From assembly GCA_965218945.1 (NCBI GenBank), contig OZ244718.1:1981700-2045699 (forward strand): 64,000 nt of DNA. Reading direction: 5' to 3'. The stretch is from Dehalococcoidia bacterium (GTDB lineage: Bacteria; Chloroflexota; Dehalococcoidia; Lucifugimonadales; UBA2985). Below the pieces are notes generated by a model. It saw only the letters and a list, made by a program, of their open reading frames with translations. It was not told where the DNA came from and did not search any database. Both the position numbers and the translations under genes were made by a program. Numbering within the stretch: the first letter of the stretch is position 1; each line of letters starts with the position of its first letter. Below are positions 44,502 to 53,204 of the stretch, in pieces.

Positions 44502-45488
44502 TCAGCTTCCCTGGGCGGTGGTATCGGAAGGTGGAAGTTGGGCAACTACGGCCTGAATTCTGTCAATCCAGTCGGCGTTGACGTAGAAAATATCCTGGAT
44601 GATTTCCTCCCGCTCTGTCTGGCCGTAGTAGGCGGAGCCGTCCTCCGTGGCGGCCCCAAAGCGCAGGATGGTTGTGGATATGAACCTCACGCCCTCCTGG
44701 CTGACCTCGATGGTGCGAAGCAGCAGCGTGAGGGAGGGTTCGTCAAGGCCGTACTCTGCAAGGTCGACGGGTCCGTATGCCGCCAGGGACTGAGAGGGCT
44801 GCTCCAGGGATGCCAGGAGCTCATCGGCCAGCTCCTGGTCGATTGGAGTCATCTCCTCATCGTTTAGATGCCAGCCCTCTTCGCCAATGCTGAGTTCCGC
44901 CTTTCCGTCCGGCGTCTCAAGCTCAACGTCCTGGAGCGAGGAGGTGTTGATTTTGTAGTACCACTCCGGGTACGGGGGTTCATATATCAGACGCGTGTGG
45001 ACGTCCTTCCAGCTCTTTACAATAGTGTACACTTGGGGGAATCCCTCCACCTGGCCGTAGAAGCCAACATCATCCGGAGTGGGGAATCCCATAAGAACGT
45101 TAATGGTGCGACCGTCCTTCAGGTCTATGTCTATCCTGGAAGACGGAGAGGCCAGGCCGTACTGCTCAAGGTCGGTGGGTTGGGCGTCCACCAACTCGCG
45201 CCGGGTCTTGGGGCCGCTCAGGAGAAGCGTTACGCCTCCCCAACGGTCCAGGCCAACGGGCAGGCCGTCCGTGGAGTCAATGCGCCAGCGGTTGTCGTTA
45301 TCCAGGAAAAAGGCAGCCTGCTCTCCACCCTCCGTGATGGAAATGCGCGTCATATCGTTAATGTCCACGTTGTAGAACCAGGGCGGTTCATCCTCAGGCT
45401 CCGGCTGCTGCCCGACCTGTACGAACAGGACGTAGCCGGCCACCATTACCAGGGCAATGACCAGAATTATGGATGTGCGGACGCTCAC
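44502..45488 (-). CDS. DUF4340-like accessory protein of the GldG/ABC-2 operon
   Basis: 328 aa, N-terminal TM anchor; lies directly downstream of the GldG-like gene, as in DUF4340 operons. Confidence 0.6.
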   Translation of the reverse strand: MSVRTSIILVIALVMVAGYVLFVQVGQQPEPEDEPPWFYNVDINDMTRISITEGGEQAAFFLDNDNRWRIDSTDGLPVGLDRWGGVTLLLSGPKTRRELVDAQPTDLEQYGLASPSSRIDIDLKDGRTINVLMGFPTPDDVGFYGQVEGFPQVYTIVKSWKDVHTRLIYEPPYPEWYYKINTSSLQDVELETPDGKAELSIGEEGWHLNDEEMTPIDQELADELLASLEQPSQSLAAYGPVDLAEYGLDEPSLTLLLRTIEVSQEGVRFISTTILRFGAATEDGSAYYGQTEREEIIQDIFYVNADWIDRIQAVVAQLPPSDTTAQGS

Positions 45489-45497
45489 GGTGTCAGC

Positions 45498-47231
45498 TTA
45501 TCGCCTTCGCCACCAGGAAATGCCTGCTAGCAGTACAATGCCGGTGGGCAACAGGAACCAGCTGGAGTATCGGATGAAGTCGAACTCCCTTTGGTCTATG
45601 ACAAGTTGGCGGAAGGCTATGGGTTTCGATCTTATGGAGATGAGGTCGTACTTCTCGGCCAGCCAGCCCACTGAGTTCAGGAACAGGTCGCTGTTGCTAA
45701 GGGCAAAGTAGAACTGGTTGGATGCGAAATCCGAGTCCCCGAAGACTATTATGGAAGTCCGCTTTATCTCCTCTCCCGGCTCCGGCCGAGCCGGCGCTTC
45801 CCCAATGGGCGCGAGGGCCTCTATGACCATAGCAATGAAGTGTGGGCCGGGGAGGTCGCCCTCCAGGGCGCAGCTGGAGGAGTCCGGGTCCGTGGTGACG
45901 CAGCTGAACAGGGAAGAAGAGGCCAGGGGAGTGAGGGTGATGTTCAGCTCGTCCGGGTTGGGAGGCAGGTTCTGGGGAGCCCTCTCTATAATGTCCTGTA
46001 TGCCCGTGGCGTGGGTGAAGAAGGTGTCGTCCAGGGGCTTGGTTATGGGGCTTTCTTGGTTGTAGTCAGAGCGACGTATTATTGGGCTTCTGGGGTCGGT
46101 AGTTACGGAGCTGCCCACGTCTACTATGGTGCCAGGGGGCAGGTTCACGCCCCAGTTGTTCAGGATCTTGTTCAGCTGCGGGTTGATGGCGTCGTCCAGG
46201 AGGAACATCGCCCGTCCGCCGTCTCTCAGGTACGCCTCTATCTTGTCCCGCTCGTCCACCAGGAAGCTGCCGGTTGGCCCTGCGACTATCAGGACTGCGG
46301 AGTCCGCTGGGATGGCTCCCACCTGCTTCAGGTTAAGAGTCCGTACAGCGTAGTTGTCCCCCAGCAGCCCGCTGCGCGCGAAGCCGTAACCGCCGCTGTC
46401 CTCTTCCGAGTCGGCGGAGTTCCGCTCATTGTGTCCGGTGGTAAAGTACACCACCTTCTGCTGCTCACCGGTGGAGATGAGGATGGCGCTTACCAGGTCC
46501 TGCTCAGACAGCACGAACTCTTCCCCGAAGAAGAAGGGAGTCAGGAGGTAAGGGTTAAGCTGGGACTCCTCGGCCTCAAAGACGATGGTGGGGTACTCAC
46601 TGATGCCGTCCTGCCGCGCCTTGGCCGGCGTCAGGTCCGGGTCTATGAATTCGTAGTTGAAGTCCCTGCTGCGTCGACTGAACTCGTACAGGTAGTCCTC
46701 AGCCTGGCGCTTGATACGCACCTGCCGGGCGTCGTCCGGGGTGGTGTAGACCCGGGCGTTCACCCTCTGGTTCATCTCGTCCAGTATCTTCTCGGTCTGG
46801 GGCGCGAGGGTGAACTGGCGGGTGGCCGTCACGTCAATCCGGGAGGAGTTGGAGAATGATATGAATCCCAGCAGCGCCAGGATTAGCGTGAACGCCGCCA
46901 CCATCACTATGGTATTGGCCGCGTACCGCCCGCTGCGCGCCGTGAGTGCGTCTCTCACAGTGCGGAGGTGGGTTACAATGGGTATGGCCAACAGCACAAG
47001 GGCGACGGCTATAAGGACAAGGCCGGGTGTGCGTAGCTCGGGCACCGTGAGCCATACGACCAGACCACCCACCAGCACCACCACTCCCGCGAGGGAGAGG
47101 GTGAGCGCTGCGTCGACCAGGGTAGTGGCTATGCTACCGGGTGAGAGACGCGCCTTCAGCCCTTCGGTAAGGCTTGCCCGCGGCTGCTCTTCGCTTGTGC
47201 GCTGCTGTCCCCTTCTGCGACCCCCCTGCAT
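45498..47231 (-). CDS. GldG-like ABC-transport auxiliary protein
   Basis: 577 aa; N- and C-terminal TM segments flank a large periplasmic domain; operon with ABC-2 permease and ATPase. Confidence 0.7.
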   Translation of the reverse strand: MQGGRRRGQQRTSEEQPRASLTEGLKARLSPGSIATTLVDAALTLSLAGVVVLVGGLVVWLTVPELRTPGLVLIAVALVLLAIPIVTHLRTVRDALTARSGRYAANTIVMVAAFTLILALLGFISFSNSSRIDVTATRQFTLAPQTEKILDEMNQRVNARVYTTPDDARQVRIKRQAEDYLYEFSRRSRDFNYEFIDPDLTPAKARQDGISEYPTIVFEAEESQLNPYLLTPFFFGEEFVLSEQDLVSAILISTGEQQKVVYFTTGHNERNSADSEEDSGGYGFARSGLLGDNYAVRTLNLKQVGAIPADSAVLIVAGPTGSFLVDERDKIEAYLRDGGRAMFLLDDAINPQLNKILNNWGVNLPPGTIVDVGSSVTTDPRSPIIRRSDYNQESPITKPLDDTFFTHATGIQDIIERAPQNLPPNPDELNITLTPLASSSLFSCVTTDPDSSSCALEGDLPGPHFIAMVIEALAPIGEAPARPEPGEEIKRTSIIVFGDSDFASNQFYFALSNSDLFLNSVGWLAEKYDLISIRSKPIAFRQLVIDQREFDFIRYSSWFLLPTGIVLLAGISWWRRR

Positions 47232-47232
47232 A

Positions 47233-47946
47233 CTATCTCCACCTCCGGGATTCCAGGGAGCGAACGGTTAGGAACAGCAGGAAGGCGGTGAAGATGAGGT
47301 AGAAGACCAGGTCGTGGGTATCTATCACGCCTCTTGAGAAATCCTGGAAGTGATTGGTCAAAGATATCTGGAGCACCAATTCCGTAAAGATGCCGCTGAC
47401 GTAGGAGGAGGCCAGGTCGATCACCGACAGGATAAGGAGGATGCCCATGGCCACCACGGCGGACAGTATCTGGTTTGAGGAGAGGGAGGAGGCGAACAAT
47501 CCCACTGACAGCGTGGCCATTCCAAAGAGAACAAGGCCTAGGTAGCCGCTCAGGATGGGGCCGGTGTCGGGCGTCCCGAACAGGAACAGTAGGAAGACCA
47601 GGTAAACGGTTGGTATCAGCATGGACACCAGGCTTGCCAGGGCGGCCAGGAACTTGCCCAGGACTATTTCGTAGTCGCGGATTGGAGCGGTCATTAATAG
47701 CTCCAAAGTGCCCAGCTTCTGCTCCTCCGCCAACAGCCGCATGGTGATGACCGGGGACAGCAGAGCGAATATCAGGGTGCTTGGGATCAAGAATCCCCTG
47801 ACGGTCGCCTCCGGCAGGATACCGCTGATGCTGGTCACGAAGTAGTAGGCTGCCAGGCCGGCGTACACGGCCATGATTATGTAGGCCATTGGGGACGCAA
47901 AGTAGGTCTTGGTCTCTTTCCAGGCTATTGTGAGGGTGTTCTTCAT
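47233..47946 (-). CDS. ABC-2 family permease (GldF-like)
   Basis: 237 aa, 6 predicted TM helices; overlaps or abuts the neighbouring operon genes. Confidence 0.8.
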   Translation of the reverse strand: MKNTLTIAWKETKTYFASPMAYIIMAVYAGLAAYYFVTSISGILPEATVRGFLIPSTLIFALLSPVITMRLLAEEQKLGTLELLMTAPIRDYEIVLGKFLAALASLVSMLIPTVYLVFLLFLFGTPDTGPILSGYLGLVLFGMATLSVGLFASSLSSNQILSAVVAMGILLILSVIDLASSYVSGIFTELVLQISLTNHFQDFSRGVIDTHDLVFYLIFTAFLLFLTVRSLESRRWR

Positions 47947-47947
47947 T

Positions 47948-48907
47948 CTAACTTGACTCCGAGTCTGTAAGGCGCAGGAAGATCTCTTCCAGGCTCATCT
48001 GTATGGGCTGCAATCTCAGCAACCCCCATCCCTGTTTGATTACCAAGCCGGCGATTTCCTCCCCGACTTCTGCGCCGGCGTTGGACTCAATATGGTAGCT
48101 TGCCACGTCCCCTTCACCGGTCCGCGTCACCTCCCGCACCCCCGAGACGTTGCGCAGGGTCGTCATAACCTGGGCGACGGGCCCGCGTATGTCCACTTCA
48201 ATGCGCTCCGGTCCCCTGAGGCGCTCGGACAGGTTTTCCGGCCTGTCGATGGCCACGACCTGGCCTTCGTGGATGATGATCACCCTGTCGCAGACCATGC
48301 TGACCTCCGGCAGGATGTGGGTGCTGAGAATGACGGTGTGTTCGCCCCCGAAACCCTTGATGAGACTGCGGGTCTCCACCACCTGTATGGGGTCGATGCC
48401 GATGGTAGGTTCGTCCATTATGAGCACGTCCGGCTCGTGGAGAATGGACTGGGCTATGCCTACGCGCTGGCGGAATCCCTTGGACAGCTTGCCTATTAGG
48501 GAGGACTGGTACTCGCCCAGCCGCGTAATCTCTATGACCTCTGCGATGCGCCGCCGCCGCCAACCCTTGTCCATGCCTCGTATGCTTCCCATGAAGTCCA
48601 GGTAGTCCTCCACCGTCATCTCGGTGTACAGAGGCACCGTTTCCGGGAGGTATCCGATGCGCTTGCGGGCGTCCAGTGAGTCGCCCACAACGTCGAAGCC
48701 GGCCACCTTGGCAGTCCCGGAGGTGGGCGGAATGAAGCCGGTGAGTATGCGCATGGTGGTGGTCTTGCCGGCGGCGTTGGGCCCCAGTAGGCCCAGGATC
48801 TCGCCCTTGTTTACTGTAAAGCTGATGCCTTCGATGGCGGGAAAGTCGCCGTAGTACTTGGTGAGGTTGTTCACCTCAATCATTGTAGATTCTGTTGTGC
48901 CTTGCAT
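47948..48907 (-). CDS. ABC transporter ATP-binding protein
   Basis: Walker A GPNAAGKTT, signature LSKGFRQR, Walker B ILIMDEPTIGID. Confidence 0.92.
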   Translation of the reverse strand: MQGTTESTMIEVNNLTKYYGDFPAIEGISFTVNKGEILGLLGPNAAGKTTTMRILTGFIPPTSGTAKVAGFDVVGDSLDARKRIGYLPETVPLYTEMTVEDYLDFMGSIRGMDKGWRRRRIAEVIEITRLGEYQSSLIGKLSKGFRQRVGIAQSILHEPDVLIMDEPTIGIDPIQVVETRSLIKGFGGEHTVILSTHILPEVSMVCDRVIIIHEGQVVAIDRPENLSERLRGPERIEVDIRGPVAQVMTTLRNVSGVREVTRTGEGDVASYHIESNAGAEVGEEIAGLVIKQGWGLLRLQPIQMSLEEIFLRLTDSESS

Positions 48908-49046
48908 TGCTGCTTTCTTGGGGCCGGCAGGCCCCGGCTGAAACGTATTGGTGAATTATACGCGTTATCCACACCTATGAGCAATACGGAGATTCGGAAT
49001 TCGGCAGCGAGTATAGTGTATGGCCTTGATGCAAAGAAAGTGTGAA

Positions 49047-49065
49047 GGGGCAAGAAGGCTGCCCC
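49047..49065 (-). terminator. Rho-independent terminator candidate after the RHH gene
   Basis: GGGGCA-AGAAGGC-TGCCCC hairpin 8 nt after the stop. On the minus strand it is followed by TTCACACTTTCTTT. Confidence 0.45.
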
Positions 49066-49072
49066 TGAAGAA

Positions 49073-49417
49073 TCACTGGAGGTATTTCTTGGCTAGCTCT
49101 GCGTAACGAGCGTCGAAGCGCCCCGCTGCCTGGAACTGGCCGCGCCACCGCGATGTGAAGGAGGAGTTATCCCCTCCCTCCATCCCATTGGGAGACCGCT
49201 CGTTCATCTCTTCCCTGGTGAACTTCCGACCGCCGGCGCCGTAGTTCTTGCGGAGGTATTCTATAGTCTCCATGAATGAATCCGCGCGGCGGCCGCGCCC
49301 GGCGTAGTCCGAAAGCCACAGACGGAACAGGGCGCTCAGGGTAGTGCCCTCTTCCGCGGCGCGCCGTCTCGCCGCCTCAATCAGGCCCTCGTCGGCGCTC
49401 AGTGTTATGTTCTTCAT
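49073..49417 (-). CDS. Ribbon-helix-helix (CopG/antitoxin-like) protein
   Basis: N-terminus MKNITLSADEGLIEAARRRAAEEGTTLSALFRLWL is a typical RHH beta-alpha-alpha. Lies 18 nt downstream of hicA. Confidence 0.55.
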   Translation of the reverse strand: MKNITLSADEGLIEAARRRAAEEGTTLSALFRLWLSDYAGRGRRADSFMETIEYLRKNYGAGGRKFTREEMNERSPNGMEGGDNSSFTSRWRGQFQAAGRFDARYAELAKKYLQ

Positions 49418-49435
49418 GACATTGCCTCTTCCAAT

Positions 49436-49651
49436 TCACAGTCTTTCAAACTCACTCACCGTCAATCCTGCCTGACGAAGTATGCTGCGCAGAGTGCCTG
49501 CAGCCACTTCTCTATGCCGCGGCACGACGGTTGTAAGTACGCCTTCTGCGGTGTCTTTGGCGAACTTGACGTGGCTGCCTCTTTGGCCGACTTCTACGAA
49601 CCCCGCCGTCCTGAGCCTGCGAGTGACTTCGGGGTAGGGAAGGGGCCTAAT
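49436..49651 (-). CDS. hicA: HicA-family mRNA interferase toxin with no canonical start codon (ATT candidate)
   Basis: Own translation: (I)RPLPYPEVTRRLRTAGFVEVGQRGSHVKFAKDTAEGVLTTVVPRHREVAAGTLRSILRQAGLTVSEFERL, the HicA signature. The only start-like codon after the in-frame upstream TAG is ATT at 49651, which overlaps the hicB stop. Not in the ORF track. Confidence 0.65.
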   Translation of the reverse strand: MRPLPYPEVTRRLRTAGFVEVGQRGSHVKFAKDTAEGVLTTVVPRHREVAAGTLRSILRQAGLTVSEFERL

Positions 49652-49853
49652 CGGTGGTGACCTCCACCTCTATTTGGCGGAGCTGTGGCGTGGACGTGGG
49701 AAGGGGTGGTTCAAAGTGAAGCTCCAACGCCTCGCGCAGATTGGCCAGCGCATCATCGACAGTTTCACCTTGGCTGGCTACATCGACATCTAGCGCTTGG
49801 GCTACGTACCACTCGCCTTCTTTGTAGACACTGGCTGTAAACGCTCGTTTCAT
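49647..49853 (-). CDS. hicB: HicB-family antitoxin, N-terminal domain only
   Basis: 68 aa; FTASVYKEGEWYVAQALDVDVASQGETVDDALANLREALELHFE matches the HicB/UPF0150 fold; no DNA-binding C-terminal domain. Confidence 0.75.
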   Translation of the reverse strand: MKRAFTASVYKEGEWYVAQALDVDVASQGETVDDALANLREALELHFEPPLPTSTPQLRQIEVEVTTD

Positions 49854-49939
49854 GGTTGGAGACCTCCATATCCAAATCCAAGTGTAGTGTATAATAGGCC
49901 AATCTCATCTTCAACCATCACACCACAGGAAGGCGCAAG

Positions 49940-51472
49940 TTGATAATCAAAAACCTCCTTATAATTGCAGCAACCACCCTGGCGCTCTTTGCAGCGCTGG
50001 CCTGCAGCGCAGATCCCACACCTGTACCTCCCATACCACCAACGGCCACCAGCACAAACCCTCCTCCGACGGCCCCAAGCGCTCCGGTATCCCGCTCGGA
50101 TGTTGAGACGACATTCAGTGAGCCTCTCTCCTCCGGCCTCTCCATAGCCGACGTGACGGAGAACGCCCTGCCCAGTGTGGCTCACATAGTCACGGGGACC
50201 GGCTCAGGGACCGGGTTCATAGTCAACGAGAGCGGGCTTGTGGTCACCAACAAGCACGTCGTGGATGGGAGCACGGAAGTCAGGGTTATTATGGCGTCTG
50301 GAAACGACTACCGGGGCAGCGTGACACAGCGGCATCCCACCCTGGACCTAGCCTATATCAGCATAGACTCCAGCCAGACCTTCACCCCAATAGCGGTCGG
50401 AGACTCCGATGAGGTCCGCGTTGGAGCGGAGGTCATAGCCATAGGGTTTCCACTGGGGTCGACGCTGGGGTCAGAGCCGACGGTCAGCGTGGGCATAATC
50501 TCGGCAAAGCGGGACGCCCGCCTGCAGACCGACGCGTCACTTAATCCCGGGAACAGCGGCGGGCCGCTGCTGAACATATTCGGGCAGGTGATTGGCGTGG
50601 TGGTCTCACGGGTGGAAGAGGACAGCTCGGGGAGACCCATCTCAGGAATTGGGTTTGCGATACCCATCAACGAAGTGAAGACGGAGCTTGGAGGGCAGGT
50701 ATCCCCAGCCGGGCCGGTTCTGCCGACGCCAACGCCATTCCCAACCATTGGGCCGACCCCAGACTTGGAGGCCACCAAGAGCGCGATAGAGGCTATAGAC
50801 GCCTTCCGGCGGGCTTCAGACCAGGCCACGCAGGCGGCCGTTGAGGCCCGGGCCACAGCCGAGCAGTACGCCGCCGACCTGGAGGCCACCCGCATAGCCG
50901 ATCTGCCCACCCCAACACCTACGGCCACTCCCACCGCCACGCCCCTTCCCACGGCCACCCCGACGGCTACCCCGACTCCTACGCCGGAACCGACACCGAC
51001 GCCCACTGCTACACCTACCCCACATCCGGCAACTTTCTGCACGGAATGGGAGGCCTTGGTGCTGGAGTGGGTCAAGCAGGGGAACAACTATCGTCGCTAC
51101 GGCACTGTCATTGGGTTTCATCCCGATGTACCCGACCACCCCCGGATATCCGCCGAGCAAGGGGACCGTCTCTGCCTCACTTCATTTCCGAGAGGTATCT
51201 CTCCTTCATTCCTCAGCTACAATGTCATCAAGATTGGCTATGGAGAAGGGAATCTCCTGCCTGGCCTGTACGAGTACCGTCGGCCGGGCGATAATCGCGT
51301 AGACGGCAAAGGTTGTAGCATCACGCTCAACTATGAGGAAAGAAACGAAAGTGAGGTTCCACTGCCCTACGGCGAACTGTTCACCTTCCGGTTCTTTACA
51401 TATCACGAAAGGGTTAAGTTTAATTGGTCCTCACCCAATTGCCATGGTGCCCTCTACCGCATAGGGGACTAG
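49940..51472 (+). CDS. Trypsin-like (S1/HtrA-type) serine protease lipoprotein with PT linker and unknown C-terminal domain
   Basis: Lipobox FAALAC; catalytic triad context TNKHVV / LDLAYI / GNSGGPL; no PDZ; PTPTPTATPTATP... linker; C-terminal domain of about 130 aa unknown. Confidence 0.85.
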   Translation: MIIKNLLIIAATTLALFAALACSADPTPVPPIPPTATSTNPPPTAPSAPVSRSDVETTFSEPLSSGLSIADVTENALPSVAHIVTGTGSGTGFIVNESGLVVTNKHVVDGSTEVRVIMASGNDYRGSVTQRHPTLDLAYISIDSSQTFTPIAVGDSDEVRVGAEVIAIGFPLGSTLGSEPTVSVGIISAKRDARLQTDASLNPGNSGGPLLNIFGQVIGVVVSRVEEDSSGRPISGIGFAIPINEVKTELGGQVSPAGPVLPTPTPFPTIGPTPDLEATKSAIEAIDAFRRASDQATQAAVEARATAEQYAADLEATRIADLPTPTPTATPTATPLPTATPTATPTPTPEPTPTPTATPTPHPATFCTEWEALVLEWVKQGNNYRRYGTVIGFHPDVPDHPRISAEQGDRLCLTSFPRGISPSFLSYNVIKIGYGEGNLLPGLYEYRRPGDNRVDGKGCSITLNYEERNESEVPLPYGELFTFRFFTYHERVKFNWSSPNCHGALYRIGD

Positions 51473-51488
51473 GGGTGGCTGGGGGGCG
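51452..51488 (+). repeat. 37-bp direct repeat, copy A (overlaps the protease stop codon)
   Basis: CTCTACCGCATAGGGGACTAGGGGTGGCTGGGGGGCG; 33/37 identical to copy B at 52229..52265. Confidence 0.8.
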
Positions 51489-51504
51489 AGTTGGAAGGAG
51501 AAAA

Positions 51505-52161
51505 ATGGCAATTCAGACTGATGTATTCATGATAGAATCAATGCTCCTCGATGATGAGTTAGAAAATGACATTGAGGGCAAGTTGCTGACCGAAATGTTG
51601 CGATTAGGCGGCAAGAACCCTCTTTATTTCTATGTGAGAACGAAACGGGAACTGAAAGAGATACTACGGCTGTTTGAGAAGAGTGAGTATCGCTATCTAC
51701 ATTTGTCGTGTCACGGTGATCCCAGAGCAATAGATACAACGTTAGACAGCATCACGTTTGAGGAATTGGGTGGGATCCTCAAACCCTACCTTTGCAGGAA
51801 GCGTCTGTTCATGTCATCGTGCGCAACGGTCAACGGCCGACTTGCAAGAGCGGTGATGAAAGGCTCAGGGTGTCTGTCCGTTAGCGGGCCGATTAAGGAT
51901 GTTGATGTCGATGTAGCAGCGATATTCTGGGCTTCTTTCTACCATCTGCTATTCCGCAAAGATGAGAAGCCTACAAGGGACCAAGACATCAGAGACATTC
52001 TTGGACGTGTGACAAAGCTATTCGGAGTATCGACTCGCTATTACGGGATTGATTCTAGTACAAGCAAAGGCTATCGCTTTAAGACCTTCCGTGTATGCGA
52101 AAACGAGAACATGGATGATTCTATGACTTCGCAGTCATCCACGGAGAAGGGATCATCATAG
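51505..52161 (+). CDS. Standalone mini-CHAT / caspase-like protein (paralog 2)
   Basis: Start at MAIQTDVF after GGAAGGAG. Aligns along the whole length with 6875..7447 (roughly half of residues identical by eye), including YRYLHLSCHG, RLFMSSCAT and AAIFWASFYH. It has an extra Ser/Thr-rich tail. Confidence 0.6.
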   Translation: MAIQTDVFMIESMLLDDELENDIEGKLLTEMLRLGGKNPLYFYVRTKRELKEILRLFEKSEYRYLHLSCHGDPRAIDTTLDSITFEELGGILKPYLCRKRLFMSSCATVNGRLARAVMKGSGCLSVSGPIKDVDVDVAAIFWASFYHLLFRKDEKPTRDQDIRDILGRVTKLFGVSTRYYGIDSSTSKGYRFKTFRVCENENMDDSMTSQSSTEKGSS

Positions 52162-52228
52162 GTTGGAGTTGGGGGGGATACTCTGTTGCAAGGATTGTGT
52201 AGCAAGGGAAGAGAGGGAGTATGGGCGT

Positions 52229-52265
52229 CTCTACCGCGTAGGGGTCTAGGGGTGGTTGGGTGGCG
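52229..52265 (+). repeat. 37-bp direct repeat, copy B
   Basis: CTCTACCGCGTAGGGGTCTAGGGGTGGTTGGGTGGCG, 68 nt after the mini-CHAT stop and 36 nt upstream of the next ORF start. Confidence 0.8.
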
Positions 52266-52301
52266 TCAACGTAGTCTGTGAGAGATGAAAGGAGGCCAAG
52301 T

Positions 52302-52532
52302 GTGGCTAAAGTCAGCCCTGAAGTCTCAGAAATAGTAGAGAAGGCCTTTGAGAGATACGTCCAAGAAGTCGAGGAGTCTAATCTATCAGAAGAAAGCAAG
52401 AAAACGTACATAGAGCACTCTAGCACTTTCGTCCGGTGGCTGAACGACGATTTCGAGCCGGGAGCGCAGGTGCGACGAGTTCCCCCCATAGTCCCACCAA
52501 GGCCTCCCATAGATCCACGATATCCGAGATGA
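52302..52532 (+). CDS. Hypothetical 76-aa protein
   Basis: GTG at 52302 follows AGGAGG with 6 nt spacing (the ORF track starts at 52278). Helical N-part (SEESKKTYIEHSSTFVRWL), Pro-rich tail; no family recognised. Confidence 0.4.
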   Translation: MAKVSPEVSEIVEKAFERYVQEVEESNLSEESKKTYIEHSSTFVRWLNDDFEPGAQVRRVPPIVPPRPPIDPRYPR

Positions 52533-52613
52533 AAGGCCCCATCCGTCAATGTAGCCCCGGCTCTTGGGGGCTCACCGCCAAGCTAAGGCGGGACAGCCAA
52601 CTCGCCCTGGGCG

Positions 52614-53039
52614 CTACTTCAGCAGCCCCCGCACGGGGATGAGTTTCTGGCCGTAGGGATCGACGCCGAGGAGGACGCCTTCGAGCGTGTACGCGCCCAG
52701 CAAGGCGGTTGTCCCTTCCTCGCCGAATATGACCCAGGTGGTGGTCTCTCGTCCCGCCACCCTGGCCTTCGCCTCGGCCATGTCCAGTTCAACCTGCTGT
52801 CCACTGGCGTATTCGAATGTCTCGCGCCTGGTGGGGACGATGCCGAGGCTTCCGAGGATGGAGCCTGGGATCACGGTGGTGGTTGCGCCGGTGTCAACCA
52901 GAGCCTCCAGGTTCTCGTATCTCTCTCCCCGCAGGTCTCCAATCTCTATCTGTACGGCAAAGGTTCCCACTTCAACCTTCTCTATCAAGAGAGTCACGTT
53001 GGAGCACAGTCCCCTCACTGGAGACCTTTGCGTAACCAT
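52614..53039 (-). CDS. Retropepsin-like (clan AA) aspartic protease
   Basis: 141 aa; ALVDTGATTTVI active-site motif and a C-terminal LLG...L dimerisation-like strand. Confidence 0.75.
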   Translation of the reverse strand: MVTQRSPVRGLCSNVTLLIEKVEVGTFAVQIEIGDLRGERYENLEALVDTGATTTVIPGSILGSLGIVPTRRETFEYASGQQVELDMAEAKARVAGRETTTWVIFGEEGTTALLGAYTLEGVLLGVDPYGQKLIPVRGLLK

Positions 53040-53059
53040 AGGCTGAGCTCCGTATTTCC

Positions 53060-53083
53060 GTCATTCCTGCGGAAGCAGGAATC
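53060..53083 (+). repeat. GTCATTCC hairpin repeat, copy 3
   Basis: GTCATTCCTGCGGAAGCAGGAATC: perfect 8-bp stem ATTCCTGC/GCAGGAAT with a GGAA loop. Confidence 0.7.
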
Positions 53084-53129
53084 TGGAGCGTCTCATCCAA
53101 TGCAACGTAGCTTTGCAGACAGCGCTTTA

Positions 53130-53153
53130 GATTCCCGTTTTCACGGGAATGAC
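53130..53153 (-). repeat. GTCATTCC hairpin repeat, copy 4 (inverted)
   Basis: GATTCCCGTTTTCACGGGAATGAC: perfect 7-bp stem; opposite orientation to copy 3. Confidence 0.7.
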
Positions 53154-53204
53154 GCTTGGAATGCCTCTTCATGGGCTGACGCAAGTGGTTATTCAAAGGT
53201 CTAC

